Shown: positions 7,867-17,704 of the stretch, piece after piece
How positions within the stretch are numbered: the first letter of the stretch is position 1
How the letters are laid out: each line of letters starts with the position of its first letter
Assembly (NCBI RefSeq): GCF_000009705.1
Contig: NC_003272.1
Location: 2,640,001-2,672,000, forward strand
DNA: 32,000 nt
Source: Nostoc sp. PCC 7120 = FACHB-418
GTDB taxonomy: Bacteria; Cyanobacteriota; Cyanobacteriia; Cyanobacteriales; Nostocaceae
Direction of reading: 5' to 3'
Made by a program: the position numbers and the translations under genes
The notes under the pieces: generated by a model
Databases searched by the model: none
What the model was told of the DNA's origin: nothing
The model's input: the letters and a program-made list of their open reading frames with translations, nothing else

Positions 7867-7932
7867 GCAACAAAAAGTTCCGTTTGGGACACACTCCTAG
7901 CTTTCGCCGTCTATGTAATTACTGTAAGATAT

Positions 7933-7954
7933 TTGACAATTATTATTAATAATA
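7933..7954 (+). promoter_or_regulatory. Candidate -35 hexamer overlapped by a Fur-box-like AT palindrome
   Basis: TTGACA (7933-7938) is followed by the perfect 14-bp palindrome TATTATTAATAATA (7941-7954). This is about 85 nt upstream of the receptor start. Confidence 0.4.
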
Positions 7955-8036
7955 GTGTGCGGCACTGCTGGATAGATTTAGTCTTGGTTAGTGTTGCAGA
8001 TTGTTTTGCGTCTGAAAGCATGGAGTGTGGGGTAGG

Positions 8037-10673
8037 ATGAGGACTGGCAACGAATTATTAAGTTGTTTATGTTTAGGTGCTGTATTATCCATCTTAATAG
8101 CACATCAATCGGCAAGGGCAGAGGATCAGCAAAAAGTCACCCACAGTAGTATAGTTCAGTCGAATAAGTTAGCACAAACACCAGCAACGGGAGTTATCAC
8201 TGGAGTCGAACTCAATTTAACAAATCAAGAACTAGAAATAATTTTACAAACAAAAAATGCAGATAAGTTAGAAACTGTGAATCGGAGTGAAGGGAATAGT
8301 TTTATTGCTGATATTCCTAATGCTCAGTTAAATTTGCCATCTGGTAGGGAATTTCGGCAAGAAAATCCCGGTAGTGGTATTAGTTTGGTGACAGTCACCA
8401 ATATTGATGCAAATACTATCCGGGTGACGGTAACGGGTGAGACGAGTTTACCCAAGGTGGAATTATTTGATAATGATGAGAGTCTAATTTTTGCTGTGTT
8501 TCTCCCAGACTCTACGCGAACAAACATCTCTCCTACTCCCACACCCCCAACGAGTGAAACCCCATCGGAACAGCCAACAGCAGATAGTGATGACCCGATC
8601 GAGTTGGTGGTGACAGCGACAAGAAGGGAGGAGGATATACAAAATGTACCGCGATCGGTGACGGTGATTACCCGTGAGCAACTCGAACAGCAAACTACTG
8701 TTAATCGTGATTTAACCTCGATACTTGGTAATACAGTTCCTGGTTTGGGTGCTAGTGCGGAATCACAACAAAGTTTTGCTCAGACTTTGCGGGGAAGACC
8801 ACCTTTGATCTTAGTGGATGGAGTACCCATTAGTTCCAATATCGATAATGATACATCGGTTGCTAACTTACGTCGGATTGATGTTGGGGCGATTGAACGG
8901 ATCGAAGTGGTGAGAGGGCCGAGTGCTGTTTATGGTGATGGTGCTGCGGGTGGGGTGATTAATATTATTACCCGAAGACCTGACCAAGACAGAGTAGTTT
9001 CCAACGCAGAGATTGGTATACGTTCCGTTGGTAACTTCAAATCTGGTAGTTTTGGTAACTTTGTTAATTACGGTATTTCTGGTCAGCAAGGAGGGGTAGA
9101 TTTTATCGCATCCTTTACCCGCGATAGCTTTGGAACACCCTTTGATGCAGAAGGCGATCGCATTCCATTATTTGGTGACGCAGAAGCAAATAGTGCTTCA
9201 ATTAACGTTTTAGGAAAATTGGGTTTTCAATTGGGTTCGGAACAGAGATTGCAAATTACAGCCAATTACTTTAATGATGATCAAAGTAATGATGTAGATT
9301 ATGATTTAACTGTAGGACAAATACCAGGAATACAAAAAGCACGAGCTTTAGATCAACCAGTTGAATTTATCAATTCTACAAATCCTTTTAACCGAGGAAC
9401 AGTAATTCAACTTGATTACACCCACAATAATATCCTGAATAGTCAACTACAAGCCCAGGCTTATTATCGTCAAACTAAAACAGCCGCAACCCTGTTTGAT
9501 AACCGCATATTTGATCCAGATAGCATTTTAGATATTGGTCGTTCGGTAGTTACCTCAGAAAGATTTGGGGGACGTTTGCAGTTGGATACACCTTTATCCA
9601 GTAACTTGAACTTACTGTGGGGTGCAGATTATTCAAGTGAAGATAGCAAAGGAGATTACGATTTATTCGATGTTGACGAATTTGACAATAGTGGTAGAAG
9701 AATAGCACGAAAAATCGGTTCATCAATTCGTATCGCTCCTTTTACTATTCAAAACTTGGGTTTATTTTCGCAAGTAAAATGGGAAGCCAGTGAAAATGTA
9801 TCCCTGAGTGGTGGAGTACGCTATGAAAATATCAATGTGTCTGTGATTGATAATTGGGTGGATGGACAAACTGCATTATCTTATCGAGGTGGGGAGAAAA
9901 CTTTAGATGATGTGGTATTTAATGCTGGAGTAGTTTACAAAGCTACACCAACAATTAGTCTATTTGCTAATTTTGCTCAAGGCTTTTCACTTCCTAATAT
10001 TTCCCGGATAGTACAGCGTCCCCAACCAGGTTTCAATTTTGCGGAAGATGTGGAACTATCCGCACCACAAAAAGTTGATAGCTACGAATTAGGAATTCGC
10101 GGACAGTGGAGAAATTTTCAAGCTTCTCTAGCTGGATTTTATAGTTATTCCAGTTTAGGAACTACAGTACAATTTGAAGATTTTGGTAGCGATTTTAGAA
10201 TTTTACGCGCTCCTCAACGCAATTATGGTATTGAATTAGCAGTAGATTGGCAACCGAGTGATAAATGGAAGTTGGGAAGTACATTAACTTGGAGCGAAGG
10301 GGAAAGGGAGGACTCAGAAACAGGTGAATTTGTAGCAATTACTGGCTATGAAATTTCACCTCTGAAACTCACAGCATATTTGGAAAATGAAACTTTACCT
10401 GGTTGGAATAACCGACTGCAAGCATTATATATTGGTAATAGAGACCGTGCTTTTGATGCAGGAATTGACCCAATTGGTATAGACAGTTATTTGGTCATGG
10501 ATTTAATTAGTAGTTTGAAACTTGGTAATGGGACGCTGAGTTTGGGTGTCAGGAATTTGTTGAATAACCAATACTTAAATGTCGTTAGCCAAATTAATGG
10601 AGGTTATGACGATTCCTATGCTGTCGCTTCAAGAGGGCGAACTTTCACCTTAAATTATCGTTGGAGTTGGTAA
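8037..10673 (+). CDS. TonB-dependent siderophore receptor with N-terminal AMIN-like domain
   Basis: Signal peptide ending ARA-ED. AMIN-like module (ITGVELN...FIADIPNAQL...ANTIRVTVTGE...LIFAV). Pro/Thr/Ser linker, TonB-box-like PIELVVTAT, plug (VTVITREQLE, LRGRPPLILVDGVPI, IERIEVVRGPSAVYG), long beta-barrel ending in an aromatic residue (W). ATG 8037 preferred over GTG 8025. Confidence 0.9.
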   Translation: MRTGNELLSCLCLGAVLSILIAHQSARAEDQQKVTHSSIVQSNKLAQTPATGVITGVELNLTNQELEIILQTKNADKLETVNRSEGNSFIADIPNAQLNLPSGREFRQENPGSGISLVTVTNIDANTIRVTVTGETSLPKVELFDNDESLIFAVFLPDSTRTNISPTPTPPTSETPSEQPTADSDDPIELVVTATRREEDIQNVPRSVTVITREQLEQQTTVNRDLTSILGNTVPGLGASAESQQSFAQTLRGRPPLILVDGVPISSNIDNDTSVANLRRIDVGAIERIEVVRGPSAVYGDGAAGGVINIITRRPDQDRVVSNAEIGIRSVGNFKSGSFGNFVNYGISGQQGGVDFIASFTRDSFGTPFDAEGDRIPLFGDAEANSASINVLGKLGFQLGSEQRLQITANYFNDDQSNDVDYDLTVGQIPGIQKARALDQPVEFINSTNPFNRGTVIQLDYTHNNILNSQLQAQAYYRQTKTAATLFDNRIFDPDSILDIGRSVVTSERFGGRLQLDTPLSSNLNLLWGADYSSEDSKGDYDLFDVDEFDNSGRRIARKIGSSIRIAPFTIQNLGLFSQVKWEASENVSLSGGVRYENINVSVIDNWVDGQTALSYRGGEKTLDDVVFNAGVVYKATPTISLFANFAQGFSLPNISRIVQRPQPGFNFAEDVELSAPQKVDSYELGIRGQWRNFQASLAGFYSYSSLGTTVQFEDFGSDFRILRAPQRNYGIELAVDWQPSDKWKLGSTLTWSEGEREDSETGEFVAITGYEISPLKLTAYLENETLPGWNNRLQALYIGNRDRAFDAGIDPIGIDSYLVMDLISSLKLGNGTLSLGVRNLLNNQYLNVVSQINGGYDDSYAVASRGRTFTLNYRWSW

Positions 10674-10714
10674 GCAGAGAAAACCAAAAAAATATTCCAA
10701 ATTGACAGTTTAGT

Positions 10715-10778
10715 AGGGTGTATCAGTATAAATAATTTCTTGATATACTTGTTGGGATTCCTCGCACTGATGCACCCT
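10715..10778. repeat. Hairpin repeat related to the inner arms of the 1263-1385 element
   Basis: AGGGTGTATCAGT (10715-10727) pairs with ACTGATGCACCCT (10766-10778), 12/13. It shares GGTG..T.A...TATAAAT and CACCCTA with the inner repeat at 1294-1355. Confidence 0.45.
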
Positions 10779-10903
10779 ATATTTGTAATATTTTTCTCTG
10801 GAAGTCCCTAGCAGTTAATTATCACCAATTGCTGTGAAGGTACACATTATTTGCTCACTGTATAATTATGTATATCTTCGCAGCAAAATAAAATTCAAGG
10901 TTG

Positions 10904-11896
10904 ATGAAAAAAAAGAAGATTTGGGCTTTAATTTGGAGAAAGTCTGCTTTTAGATGGTTATTAATATCTATTTTTACCGCCATCATAATTTCAGCTTGCA
11001 GCTATAACGTAAGCAAGGATGAGAATGGCAAAGTAAAGACTGTTAAATCACATTTCACACCCTGTTACGTAGTGAAGCACAAAATGGGAGAAACCTGTGT
11101 TCCCCAGAATCCTCAACGTATTGTTGTTTTAGCTCAAACTACTTTGGCAAATGTTCTAGCTTTAGGTGTGAAACCAATTGGTATACTAGGTGCTGATTTA
11201 CCTACCTATCTCCAACAAGCCAGGGATATTCAAGTAGTTGGTGAGGGATGGGAACCTGATGTTGAAAAAATTTTGCTGCTTAAACCCGATCTGATTCTTG
11301 GCAAAGAGTACCATCGCACACAATATAATACATTATCACAGATTGCTCCAACGGTACTCTTGGAATGGAACGGCACACCTTCTTGGAAACAGCATTTAGA
11401 AGATGTTGCCCAGGTTTTAAATAAAACAGATCAAGCCAAATCCTTAATGCGAAATTACCACCAACGGCTGGAAGAATTTAAAATAAAAATGGGCGATCGC
11501 CTGAAAAATCTTCAAATTTCCTACATCGATATATTGGTAGGTTATATCTGGTGTGATGTGAAAAATTCCTTTGCAGGGACGATTCTAGCAGATGCAGGTT
11601 TACAGCATCCTTCTGCTCAAGAAGTTGTGACTAAAGGTGGATACATTACATTTGGTTTAGAAACCATGCCAATGGATGCAGACGGAGATGTAATTTTTAC
11701 TAGCCATTGGATGGATGAAGATGGTGCAAAAGCTTTGAAAAGAAATCAAAATAACCCTCTTTGGCGCAAACTCAAAGCCGTAGAACAGAACCAAGTATAT
11801 GTTGTTAATCGTCACTTTTGGCGAGGTTCAAATATTCTTGCTGCTCACAAAGTCATTGATGATTTATTTAATTATTTAGTAGATGCGAAAAGTTAA
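10904..11896 (+). CDS. Fe(3+)-siderophore ABC-type periplasmic binding lipoprotein (FhuD/FecB-like)
   Basis: Lipobox IISAC. Conserved C..VKH..GE.C.P..PQR.V start of the mature domain, LKPDLILG, SQIAPT. Paralogue of 14776.. and 15775.. Confidence 0.85.
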   Translation: MKKKKIWALIWRKSAFRWLLISIFTAIIISACSYNVSKDENGKVKTVKSHFTPCYVVKHKMGETCVPQNPQRIVVLAQTTLANVLALGVKPIGILGADLPTYLQQARDIQVVGEGWEPDVEKILLLKPDLILGKEYHRTQYNTLSQIAPTVLLEWNGTPSWKQHLEDVAQVLNKTDQAKSLMRNYHQRLEEFKIKMGDRLKNLQISYIDILVGYIWCDVKNSFAGTILADAGLQHPSAQEVVTKGGYITFGLETMPMDADGDVIFTSHWMDEDGAKALKRNQNNPLWRKLKAVEQNQVYVVNRHFWRGSNILAAHKVIDDLFNYLVDAKS

Positions 11897-12013
11897 CGCG
11901 CCCAAGGCTGGGCCTAGTCCATTACTATTTAACCCGCCCCTAATATCTTGGAATTACAACCTATTGCCAGATATTTGCTACTTACTTGCAGGGTTATGTC
12001 AAAAATTAATCAC

Positions 12014-12046
12014 ACTCTCCGTCTATGGTTCAAAACTCTCCGTCTA
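12014..12046 (+). promoter_or_regulatory. Direct repeat ACTCTCCGTCTA x2 (21-bp phase), candidate AraC-type operator
   Basis: Perfect 12-mers at 12014-12025 and 12035-12046, about 100 nt upstream of receptor 2. CCGTCTATG also occurs upstream of receptor 1 (7907-7915). The pair is flanked by the decamer TTACTTGCAG at 11982-11991 and 12103-12112. Confidence 0.4.
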
Positions 12047-12142
12047 CTATGTAGACTTACGCTTCGTAAATTACATAAACTCTTTCCACAGAAAGTTGCA
12101 AATTACTTGCAGTATTGAGTTTGACTTTGTGGAGTGAGGGGT

Positions 12143-14698
12143 ATGGAGTCTCGACCATCGAAAGAAATTATTTCAGCCGGGATTGTCTTGGCACTTGTAT
12201 CATTGCTTTTACAACCAGCTGTTGCGGAAACCAAATCACATCATTCTATCAGTACGGCGAAGTTACTACTGGCACAACAAAGTGATGTTTCATCTGTGCA
12301 AGTGACAGGCGTAAAAGTCACTAATACAGATAAAGGTATCGAAGTGACTTTAGAAAGTTCTAAACCAGAAGCACTGCGACCTGTGATTAAAAGTGCAGAG
12401 AATAATTATATTGCAGATGTCCCTAATGCAGTCTTAGCACTACCGGAAGGTAAAGAATTTAGCATTGCTAATCCAGTAAGCGGGATTGTATCTGTGATTG
12501 TTACTCAAGCTGATGCTAATACTGTACGGGTAACGGTAACAGGTGAGACGGGTTTACCAACAGCAGAATTATTTGATAGTGAAGAAGGTTTAATCTTTGC
12601 ACTTGCTCCTATAGCTTCAACGATACCAGCACCAGAACAACCAGAACAGCCGACAAGTGAAACACCACCAGCACAACCAACAGCAGAAAATAATGAACCT
12701 ATTGAATTGGTTGTTACAGGAAACCAAGACCAGTATCGTGTAGAAGAGTCATCAACTGCAACTAAAATTGATGCTCCCCTACGTGACATTCCCGCATCTG
12801 TTCAGGTAATTCCCAAAGAAATTATCCAAGATCGCCAAGTGGTGAGGCTGAATGAGTTAGCTAATAACGTCAGTGGCGTACAACAGCAATCGGGTTACGG
12901 TGGACTATCGTCTTCAGGTTACTTTATTCGCGGTTTTGAGTCAGGTTTTGAAGGGCTGCGTAACGGATTTAAAGATTTTGGTTTTACCAGTCCTCGTGAT
13001 GTCGCTAACATTGAACGAGTTGAGTTTCTCAAAGGCCCTGCATCAGTCCTGTATGGCAGTGCTAATAACCCTGGTGGTGTCGTGAATACAATCACCAAGA
13101 AACCTTTACCAGACCCTTCTTACAGGGTAGGTATGACTATTGGCAGTTATGACTTTTATCGCCCCACAATTGATTTTACTGGGCCCTTAACAGACGATAA
13201 ATCGGTATTATACCGCCTGAATGTTGCCTATGAAAACTCTGGTAGCTTTCGAGATTTTATTGAAAACGAAAGTTTCTTTATATCTCCTGTAGTTACAGTC
13301 AATATTAGTCCAAAAACCAGCATGACTTTTGAGTACGAATATCAAAAGTATAACTATACATTTGATAGGGGCTTGTTACCTGGAAACACGTTTTTCCAAA
13401 TTCCTATCAGCAGATTTTTAGGTGAACCTGGTTTCAATAACGCTGAGTTTATATCCAATGTATTTACCTACAATTTAGAACACCAATTCAGCGATGATTG
13501 GAAATTCCGTCAAGGATTTAATGTCACTAGTATCCGTGGTAATACTCGCATAGCACGTAACACCAATTTTTCTGAACCTTTTTTAGAAGACGATGGACAG
13601 ACACTTCCACGTACATCTGAGACATCAGATGAAGAACAGGAAAACATTTCGCTGCAAACCGAAGTTAGCGGTAAGTTTAATACAGGTTCTATCCGTCATA
13701 ATGTTTTGTTAGGAGTAGAACTAGCAAAATACAAATTTACTTACGATTTTTTCAGCGCACCAATTGCCAGTATAGACATATTTAATCCAGTGTATGGCGC
13801 GCAACCAGGAACATTTGATAGGTCTTTTGCTGGAGAATATGGCGGTGATAATTTGGCAGTGTATTTCCAGAATTTGATTGAATTTACACCTAATCTAAAA
13901 TTATTGGCTGGTGGACGCTTTGATTGGATAGATTCTTTTGACAGAGATCCAGTAAGCAATACTGTGAATAATGAAGTTTCAGAATCCAATTTTTCGCCGC
14001 GAGTAGGTATTGTCTACCAACCTACTAACTCCACTTCACTCTATGCGAGTTGGACAAATTCTTTTAACCCGCAATTTTTTGGACGTAGCCGTACAGGTGA
14101 GTCGTTTAAGCCAGAAACATCGGAACAATTTGAGGTTGGCATCAAACAAGAATTTTTTGACAAGCGACTATCAGCCACTTTGGCATATTTTGACATCACT
14201 AAAAACAATGTACTCACTCCTGATCCTGTAGACAATAATTTCAGTGTTCAAATTGGTGAGCAAAAAAGCCGTGGTTTGGAATTAGATATTGCAGGTGAAA
14301 TTTTACCAGGATGGAAAATCATCGCTACCTATGCTTATATAGATTCTTCTGTCAGCAAAGACAATGATTTAGAACGGTTAAATGATCGGTTATCCGGAGT
14401 ACCATTTAATAGTGCTAGTTTGTGGACAACTTATGAATTTCAAAAAGGTAGTTTGGCAGGGTTAGGATTTGGTTTAGGGCTTGTTTATGTAGACGAACGG
14501 GAAGCTACTCTGCCAAATACGATCAAAATCCCCTCTTATGTCAGAACTGACGCTAGTATTTTTTACCGCCGAGATAACTGGCGAGCAGCCATAAATATCA
14601 AAAATTTGTTCGATACAGAATATTATGAGTCTCAGAGTTTTTATTTAGTGCCGGCTGCACCGTTGACTGTATTAGGAACAATTTCTTTTGAGTTTTGA
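12143..14698 (+). CDS. TonB-dependent siderophore receptor (FhuA/FhuE-type) with N-terminal AMIN-like domain
   Basis: Signal peptide ending AVA-ETK. AMIN-like module nearly matching receptor 1, linker, PIELVVTG, plug (IPASVQVIPKEIIQDRQ, FIRGF, IERVEFLKGPASVLYG), barrel ending ISFEF. ATG 12143 preferred over GTG 12134. Confidence 0.9.
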   Translation: MESRPSKEIISAGIVLALVSLLLQPAVAETKSHHSISTAKLLLAQQSDVSSVQVTGVKVTNTDKGIEVTLESSKPEALRPVIKSAENNYIADVPNAVLALPEGKEFSIANPVSGIVSVIVTQADANTVRVTVTGETGLPTAELFDSEEGLIFALAPIASTIPAPEQPEQPTSETPPAQPTAENNEPIELVVTGNQDQYRVEESSTATKIDAPLRDIPASVQVIPKEIIQDRQVVRLNELANNVSGVQQQSGYGGLSSSGYFIRGFESGFEGLRNGFKDFGFTSPRDVANIERVEFLKGPASVLYGSANNPGGVVNTITKKPLPDPSYRVGMTIGSYDFYRPTIDFTGPLTDDKSVLYRLNVAYENSGSFRDFIENESFFISPVVTVNISPKTSMTFEYEYQKYNYTFDRGLLPGNTFFQIPISRFLGEPGFNNAEFISNVFTYNLEHQFSDDWKFRQGFNVTSIRGNTRIARNTNFSEPFLEDDGQTLPRTSETSDEEQENISLQTEVSGKFNTGSIRHNVLLGVELAKYKFTYDFFSAPIASIDIFNPVYGAQPGTFDRSFAGEYGGDNLAVYFQNLIEFTPNLKLLAGGRFDWIDSFDRDPVSNTVNNEVSESNFSPRVGIVYQPTNSTSLYASWTNSFNPQFFGRSRTGESFKPETSEQFEVGIKQEFFDKRLSATLAYFDITKNNVLTPDPVDNNFSVQIGEQKSRGLELDIAGEILPGWKIIATYAYIDSSVSKDNDLERLNDRLSGVPFNSASLWTTYEFQKGSLAGLGFGLGLVYVDEREATLPNTIKIPSYVRTDASIFYRRDNWRAAINIKNLFDTEYYESQSFYLVPAAPLTVLGTISFEF

Positions 14699-14706
14699 TC
14701 TAGTTC

Positions 14707-14749
14707 ATGAAACATACACAGCCCTTAAATTAAATTAGGGCTGTTTCAT
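14707..14749 (+). terminator. Stem-loop terminator candidate
   Basis: ATGAAAC...CAGCCCT (14719-14725) - loop - AGGGCTG (14737-14743) GTTTCAT. There is only a weak T tract. Confidence 0.4.
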
Positions 14750-14775
14750 ATCCAAACTTCTTATGACAGCAGAAA

Positions 14776-15756
14776 ATGAAACCTAAATATCGATACAAGT
14801 ATATAAAACTACTCTTAGTAATTACTTTAACCATAGTATTTTTTAAAGGGTGTCATAGCTTTTTAACACAAAATATATATTCATCAAATGAATATGTAAA
14901 ATCAACAGAATGTCGAATAATTAAACATAAATTAGGCGAAATTTGTATTCCTCTTAATCCGCAACGCATTATTGTGACTGACCCAGAAAATTTAGAGATA
15001 TTATTAGCATTAGGTATAAAGCCAATAGCATCAGCAAGAGCAAATGCAGTAGGTAATAAAGTCAACATATTAGATAAGGATAAAGTTGATGGGATTATTA
15101 ATTTAGGAAAAGAAAGCCAAATAAATCTTGAAAGGATTATCCAGCTAAACCCAGATTTAATTCTAGGTTTTTCATACAGTTCTCAAGATTATAAATTACT
15201 TTCACAAATAGCTCCTACAGCTTATTTTAATTATACAGAAACAGACTGGAAAAAAACTTTACTAGAAGTTGCAGAAGTAGTTAATAAAACAAAAAAGGCG
15301 GAAAAATTATTAGAAGAATATCAACACAGAATTGAAGATTTAAAATTAAAATTTACTCAAAAAAATAAAAACACAAAAATTTCTGTAATGCGATTTTATA
15401 CAACTATTCAATTTACACAATTTTTGAATGAGTTATCGTTTCCTGTCAGCATTTTAGAGGAATTGAAATTATCTATCCCTCTGGCACAACGGCAAGTTAG
15501 TAGAGGTGCAAATGTCAGTTATAACAATGTTAGTTTAGAACGTGTAGATTTACTAGAATCAGACGCGATGTTTATCGCATTAGATCCAGGTGCAGAAGAA
15601 AATTTTCAAACATATCAGAATAGTCCTCTATGGCAAACACTAAATGTAGTAAAAAATAACCATGTATATACCGTTGATTCTGGTTACTGGATTTTTGGAA
15701 ATATTTTGTCAGCTAATGCTATTTTAGATGACATCGTTAAATATTTAGTGGAATAA
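14776..15756 (+). CDS. Fe(3+)-siderophore periplasmic binding lipoprotein (FhuD-like), paralogue 2
   Basis: Lipobox FFKGC. ECRIIKHKLGEICIPLNPQRIIV, LNPDLILGF, SQIAPT, C-terminal DSGYWIFGNILSANAILDDIVKYLVE. Very AT-rich. Confidence 0.85.
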   Translation: MKPKYRYKYIKLLLVITLTIVFFKGCHSFLTQNIYSSNEYVKSTECRIIKHKLGEICIPLNPQRIIVTDPENLEILLALGIKPIASARANAVGNKVNILDKDKVDGIINLGKESQINLERIIQLNPDLILGFSYSSQDYKLLSQIAPTAYFNYTETDWKKTLLEVAEVVNKTKKAEKLLEEYQHRIEDLKLKFTQKNKNTKISVMRFYTTIQFTQFLNELSFPVSILEELKLSIPLAQRQVSRGANVSYNNVSLERVDLLESDAMFIALDPGAEENFQTYQNSPLWQTLNVVKNNHVYTVDSGYWIFGNILSANAILDDIVKYLVE

Positions 15757-15774
15757 TTAATTTAATATCTAATA

Positions 15775-16752
15775 ATGAAACAGTTTTTACATCGTTATAT
15801 CAAGTTATTTATTCTCATACCCCTAACTTTAGTTTTGGTTAATAGTTGTTATATTAATTATCCTGAAAATTCCGGCTTGATAACGACAAGAATAAAAACA
15901 TCTGAGTGTAGACTAATCAAACATCCTTTAGGTGAAAGCTGCGTTCCTGTAAAACCTCAGCGCGTTATTGCTTTAGATGAAACCTCTATGGAAGCATTGT
16001 TAGCACTGGACTTAAAACCAATAGCTACAGCACAGCCTAATATTGCAGGTAGCATAATACAAAAGTTGGGTAAAAAAGCTGAAGGTATAGTTTCTTTAGG
16101 GAAAGATGGTCAGCCAAATATAGAAAAAATGGTGCAATTAAATCCAGATTTAATTTTGGGTTTTTCTGTGAGCGCAGAACAATACAAATTATTTTCCCAA
16201 ATAGCACCGACAGTTACACTTGATTATATTCAATTTGCTTGGAAAGATGCTTTATCACGTATTGCTGAAATCATAGATAAAAGTGAACAAGCAAAAATAT
16301 TACTTGAGCAATATCAGCAAAGAGTTAAAGAATTACGCACCTTTATAAATTATAATCTCAAAGAAAAAACTGTTTCGGTGAGTCGCTTTTATGCTGGTAA
16401 TCAAGTTCCAGAGTTTCGTACTAAATATTCATTTCCTGGAAGTTTACTTACAGAAGTGAGAATACCTGTACCAGAGATGCAAAATCAACTGACTACTAAT
16501 GAAAATCAGCCTTTAGTTTCAGTTAGTTTAGAGCGTTTAGAGTTATTAGATGCAGATGTTTTATTTGTAGCTTTAGACCCTGGTGCAGAAGAGTCATTTC
16601 AAAAATATCAAAACACTCCTTTATGGCAAAAGCTAGATGTCGTGAAAAATCAGCGCGTGTATGCGGTTGATTCTGGTTACTGGATATTTGGCAATATTCT
16701 ATCAGCTAATGCCATTTTAGATGACCTATTTAAATACTTAGTAGGAAAATAA
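15775..16752 (+). CDS. Fe(3+)-siderophore periplasmic binding lipoprotein (FhuD-like), paralogue 3
   Basis: Lipobox LVNSC. Same conserved blocks as 14776..15756, including an identical DSGYWIFGNILSANAILDD. Confidence 0.85.
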   Translation: MKQFLHRYIKLFILIPLTLVLVNSCYINYPENSGLITTRIKTSECRLIKHPLGESCVPVKPQRVIALDETSMEALLALDLKPIATAQPNIAGSIIQKLGKKAEGIVSLGKDGQPNIEKMVQLNPDLILGFSVSAEQYKLFSQIAPTVTLDYIQFAWKDALSRIAEIIDKSEQAKILLEQYQQRVKELRTFINYNLKEKTVSVSRFYAGNQVPEFRTKYSFPGSLLTEVRIPVPEMQNQLTTNENQPLVSVSLERLELLDADVLFVALDPGAEESFQKYQNTPLWQKLDVVKNQRVYAVDSGYWIFGNILSANAILDDLFKYLVGK

Positions 16753-17630
16753 TGTTGCAACAAATAACTAACAATAGTGTACAAAATTTCTTACAGGAAG
16801 TATTTACTCTTGCTCAAAATACTTTAGATAGTTTCTATACGGACTGCATAATTTTACCTCAGCCACCTGATGGTGTTGAGGTAATTTCATTAAATAATTA
16901 TTTACAACCAGATAGACTTTTATCTCAATGGCAAGCCAGCGATATATACCAAAAAACTCAAGATATTCGCATTGCTGCATCTATCTGGAACAAAGTTTAT
17001 AGCTGGACAACATTACCGGGTGTTTTAGCCTTGATGACTTGGGCTGGTGTCGGTTTAGATGCTGGGTTAGATAATGTGAGTTTTGTATTAGAAGACGGTG
17101 AACCCAAAGCTTTATGGTTTAATGATTTGAGTGGTACTGTAATTTATCCTCAGAGATTACCTATCCCCATTCCTCAAGACTACCCTGGAAAAATAGTAAA
17201 TAGTCTAGAAGGCTTACATCAAGCTGTATTTACAGGCTTATTCCAGCGTAATGTAGCCCCAATGATAGACCATGTTCATCGCTTAACCAAACTCTCCAAA
17301 AAAACTATGTGGGGTAATGCGGTGAACGCCTCAGAAGGACTGTTTGCTGAAATTAATAAATGTACAAATTTAGAAGCAATACAAACAGATTATTCCGTCT
17401 TGTATGAACAACCATACAGTTCAGTTATGCCGGGACGCAATTCCCTTTACAACTTAGTACGCACTGAACAACTCAACGAACCCGGTTTACCAGCTACAAC
17501 CACAGTCCGTCTTACCTGTTGTTTATATGCTTTTATTCCTCCATTTGATGAAAAGTGTACAAACTGTCCTCTATTAAAACCACAGGAACGAATTTCTCAA
17601 ATAAGAGAATATATGAAAGAATCCGAGTGA
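16752..17630 (+). CDS. FhuF-type ferric-siderophore reductase ((2Fe-2S)-binding C-terminus)
   Basis: C-terminal C-C-x10-C-x2-C motif (RLTCCLYAFIPPFDEKCTNCPL), characteristic of FhuF. The start ATG overlaps the upstream stop (TAATG). Confidence 0.75.
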   Translation: MLQQITNNSVQNFLQEVFTLAQNTLDSFYTDCIILPQPPDGVEVISLNNYLQPDRLLSQWQASDIYQKTQDIRIAASIWNKVYSWTTLPGVLALMTWAGVGLDAGLDNVSFVLEDGEPKALWFNDLSGTVIYPQRLPIPIPQDYPGKIVNSLEGLHQAVFTGLFQRNVAPMIDHVHRLTKLSKKTMWGNAVNASEGLFAEINKCTNLEAIQTDYSVLYEQPYSSVMPGRNSLYNLVRTEQLNEPGLPATTTVRLTCCLYAFIPPFDEKCTNCPLLKPQERISQIREYMKESE

Positions 17631-17704
17631 AAGTATATTTTTTGGTGTTGCATACTTATGAGTGATTTTTATTTCGCAGAGGCGCAGAGAGTAAGAAAAT
17701 TTTT

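Noticed and set aside
7867-8036. Cobalamin or other riboswitch in the long leaders of the TonB-dependent receptor genes (also 11897-12142)
   Set aside because: I could find no B12-box-like GCCACTG core or other recognisable riboswitch signature. The repeats present look like protein-binding sites.
11883-12137. 84-aa ORF between binding protein 1 and receptor 2
   Set aside because: It has no motifs, overlaps the upstream gene's end, and spans what looks like the receptor promoter/operator region with direct repeats.
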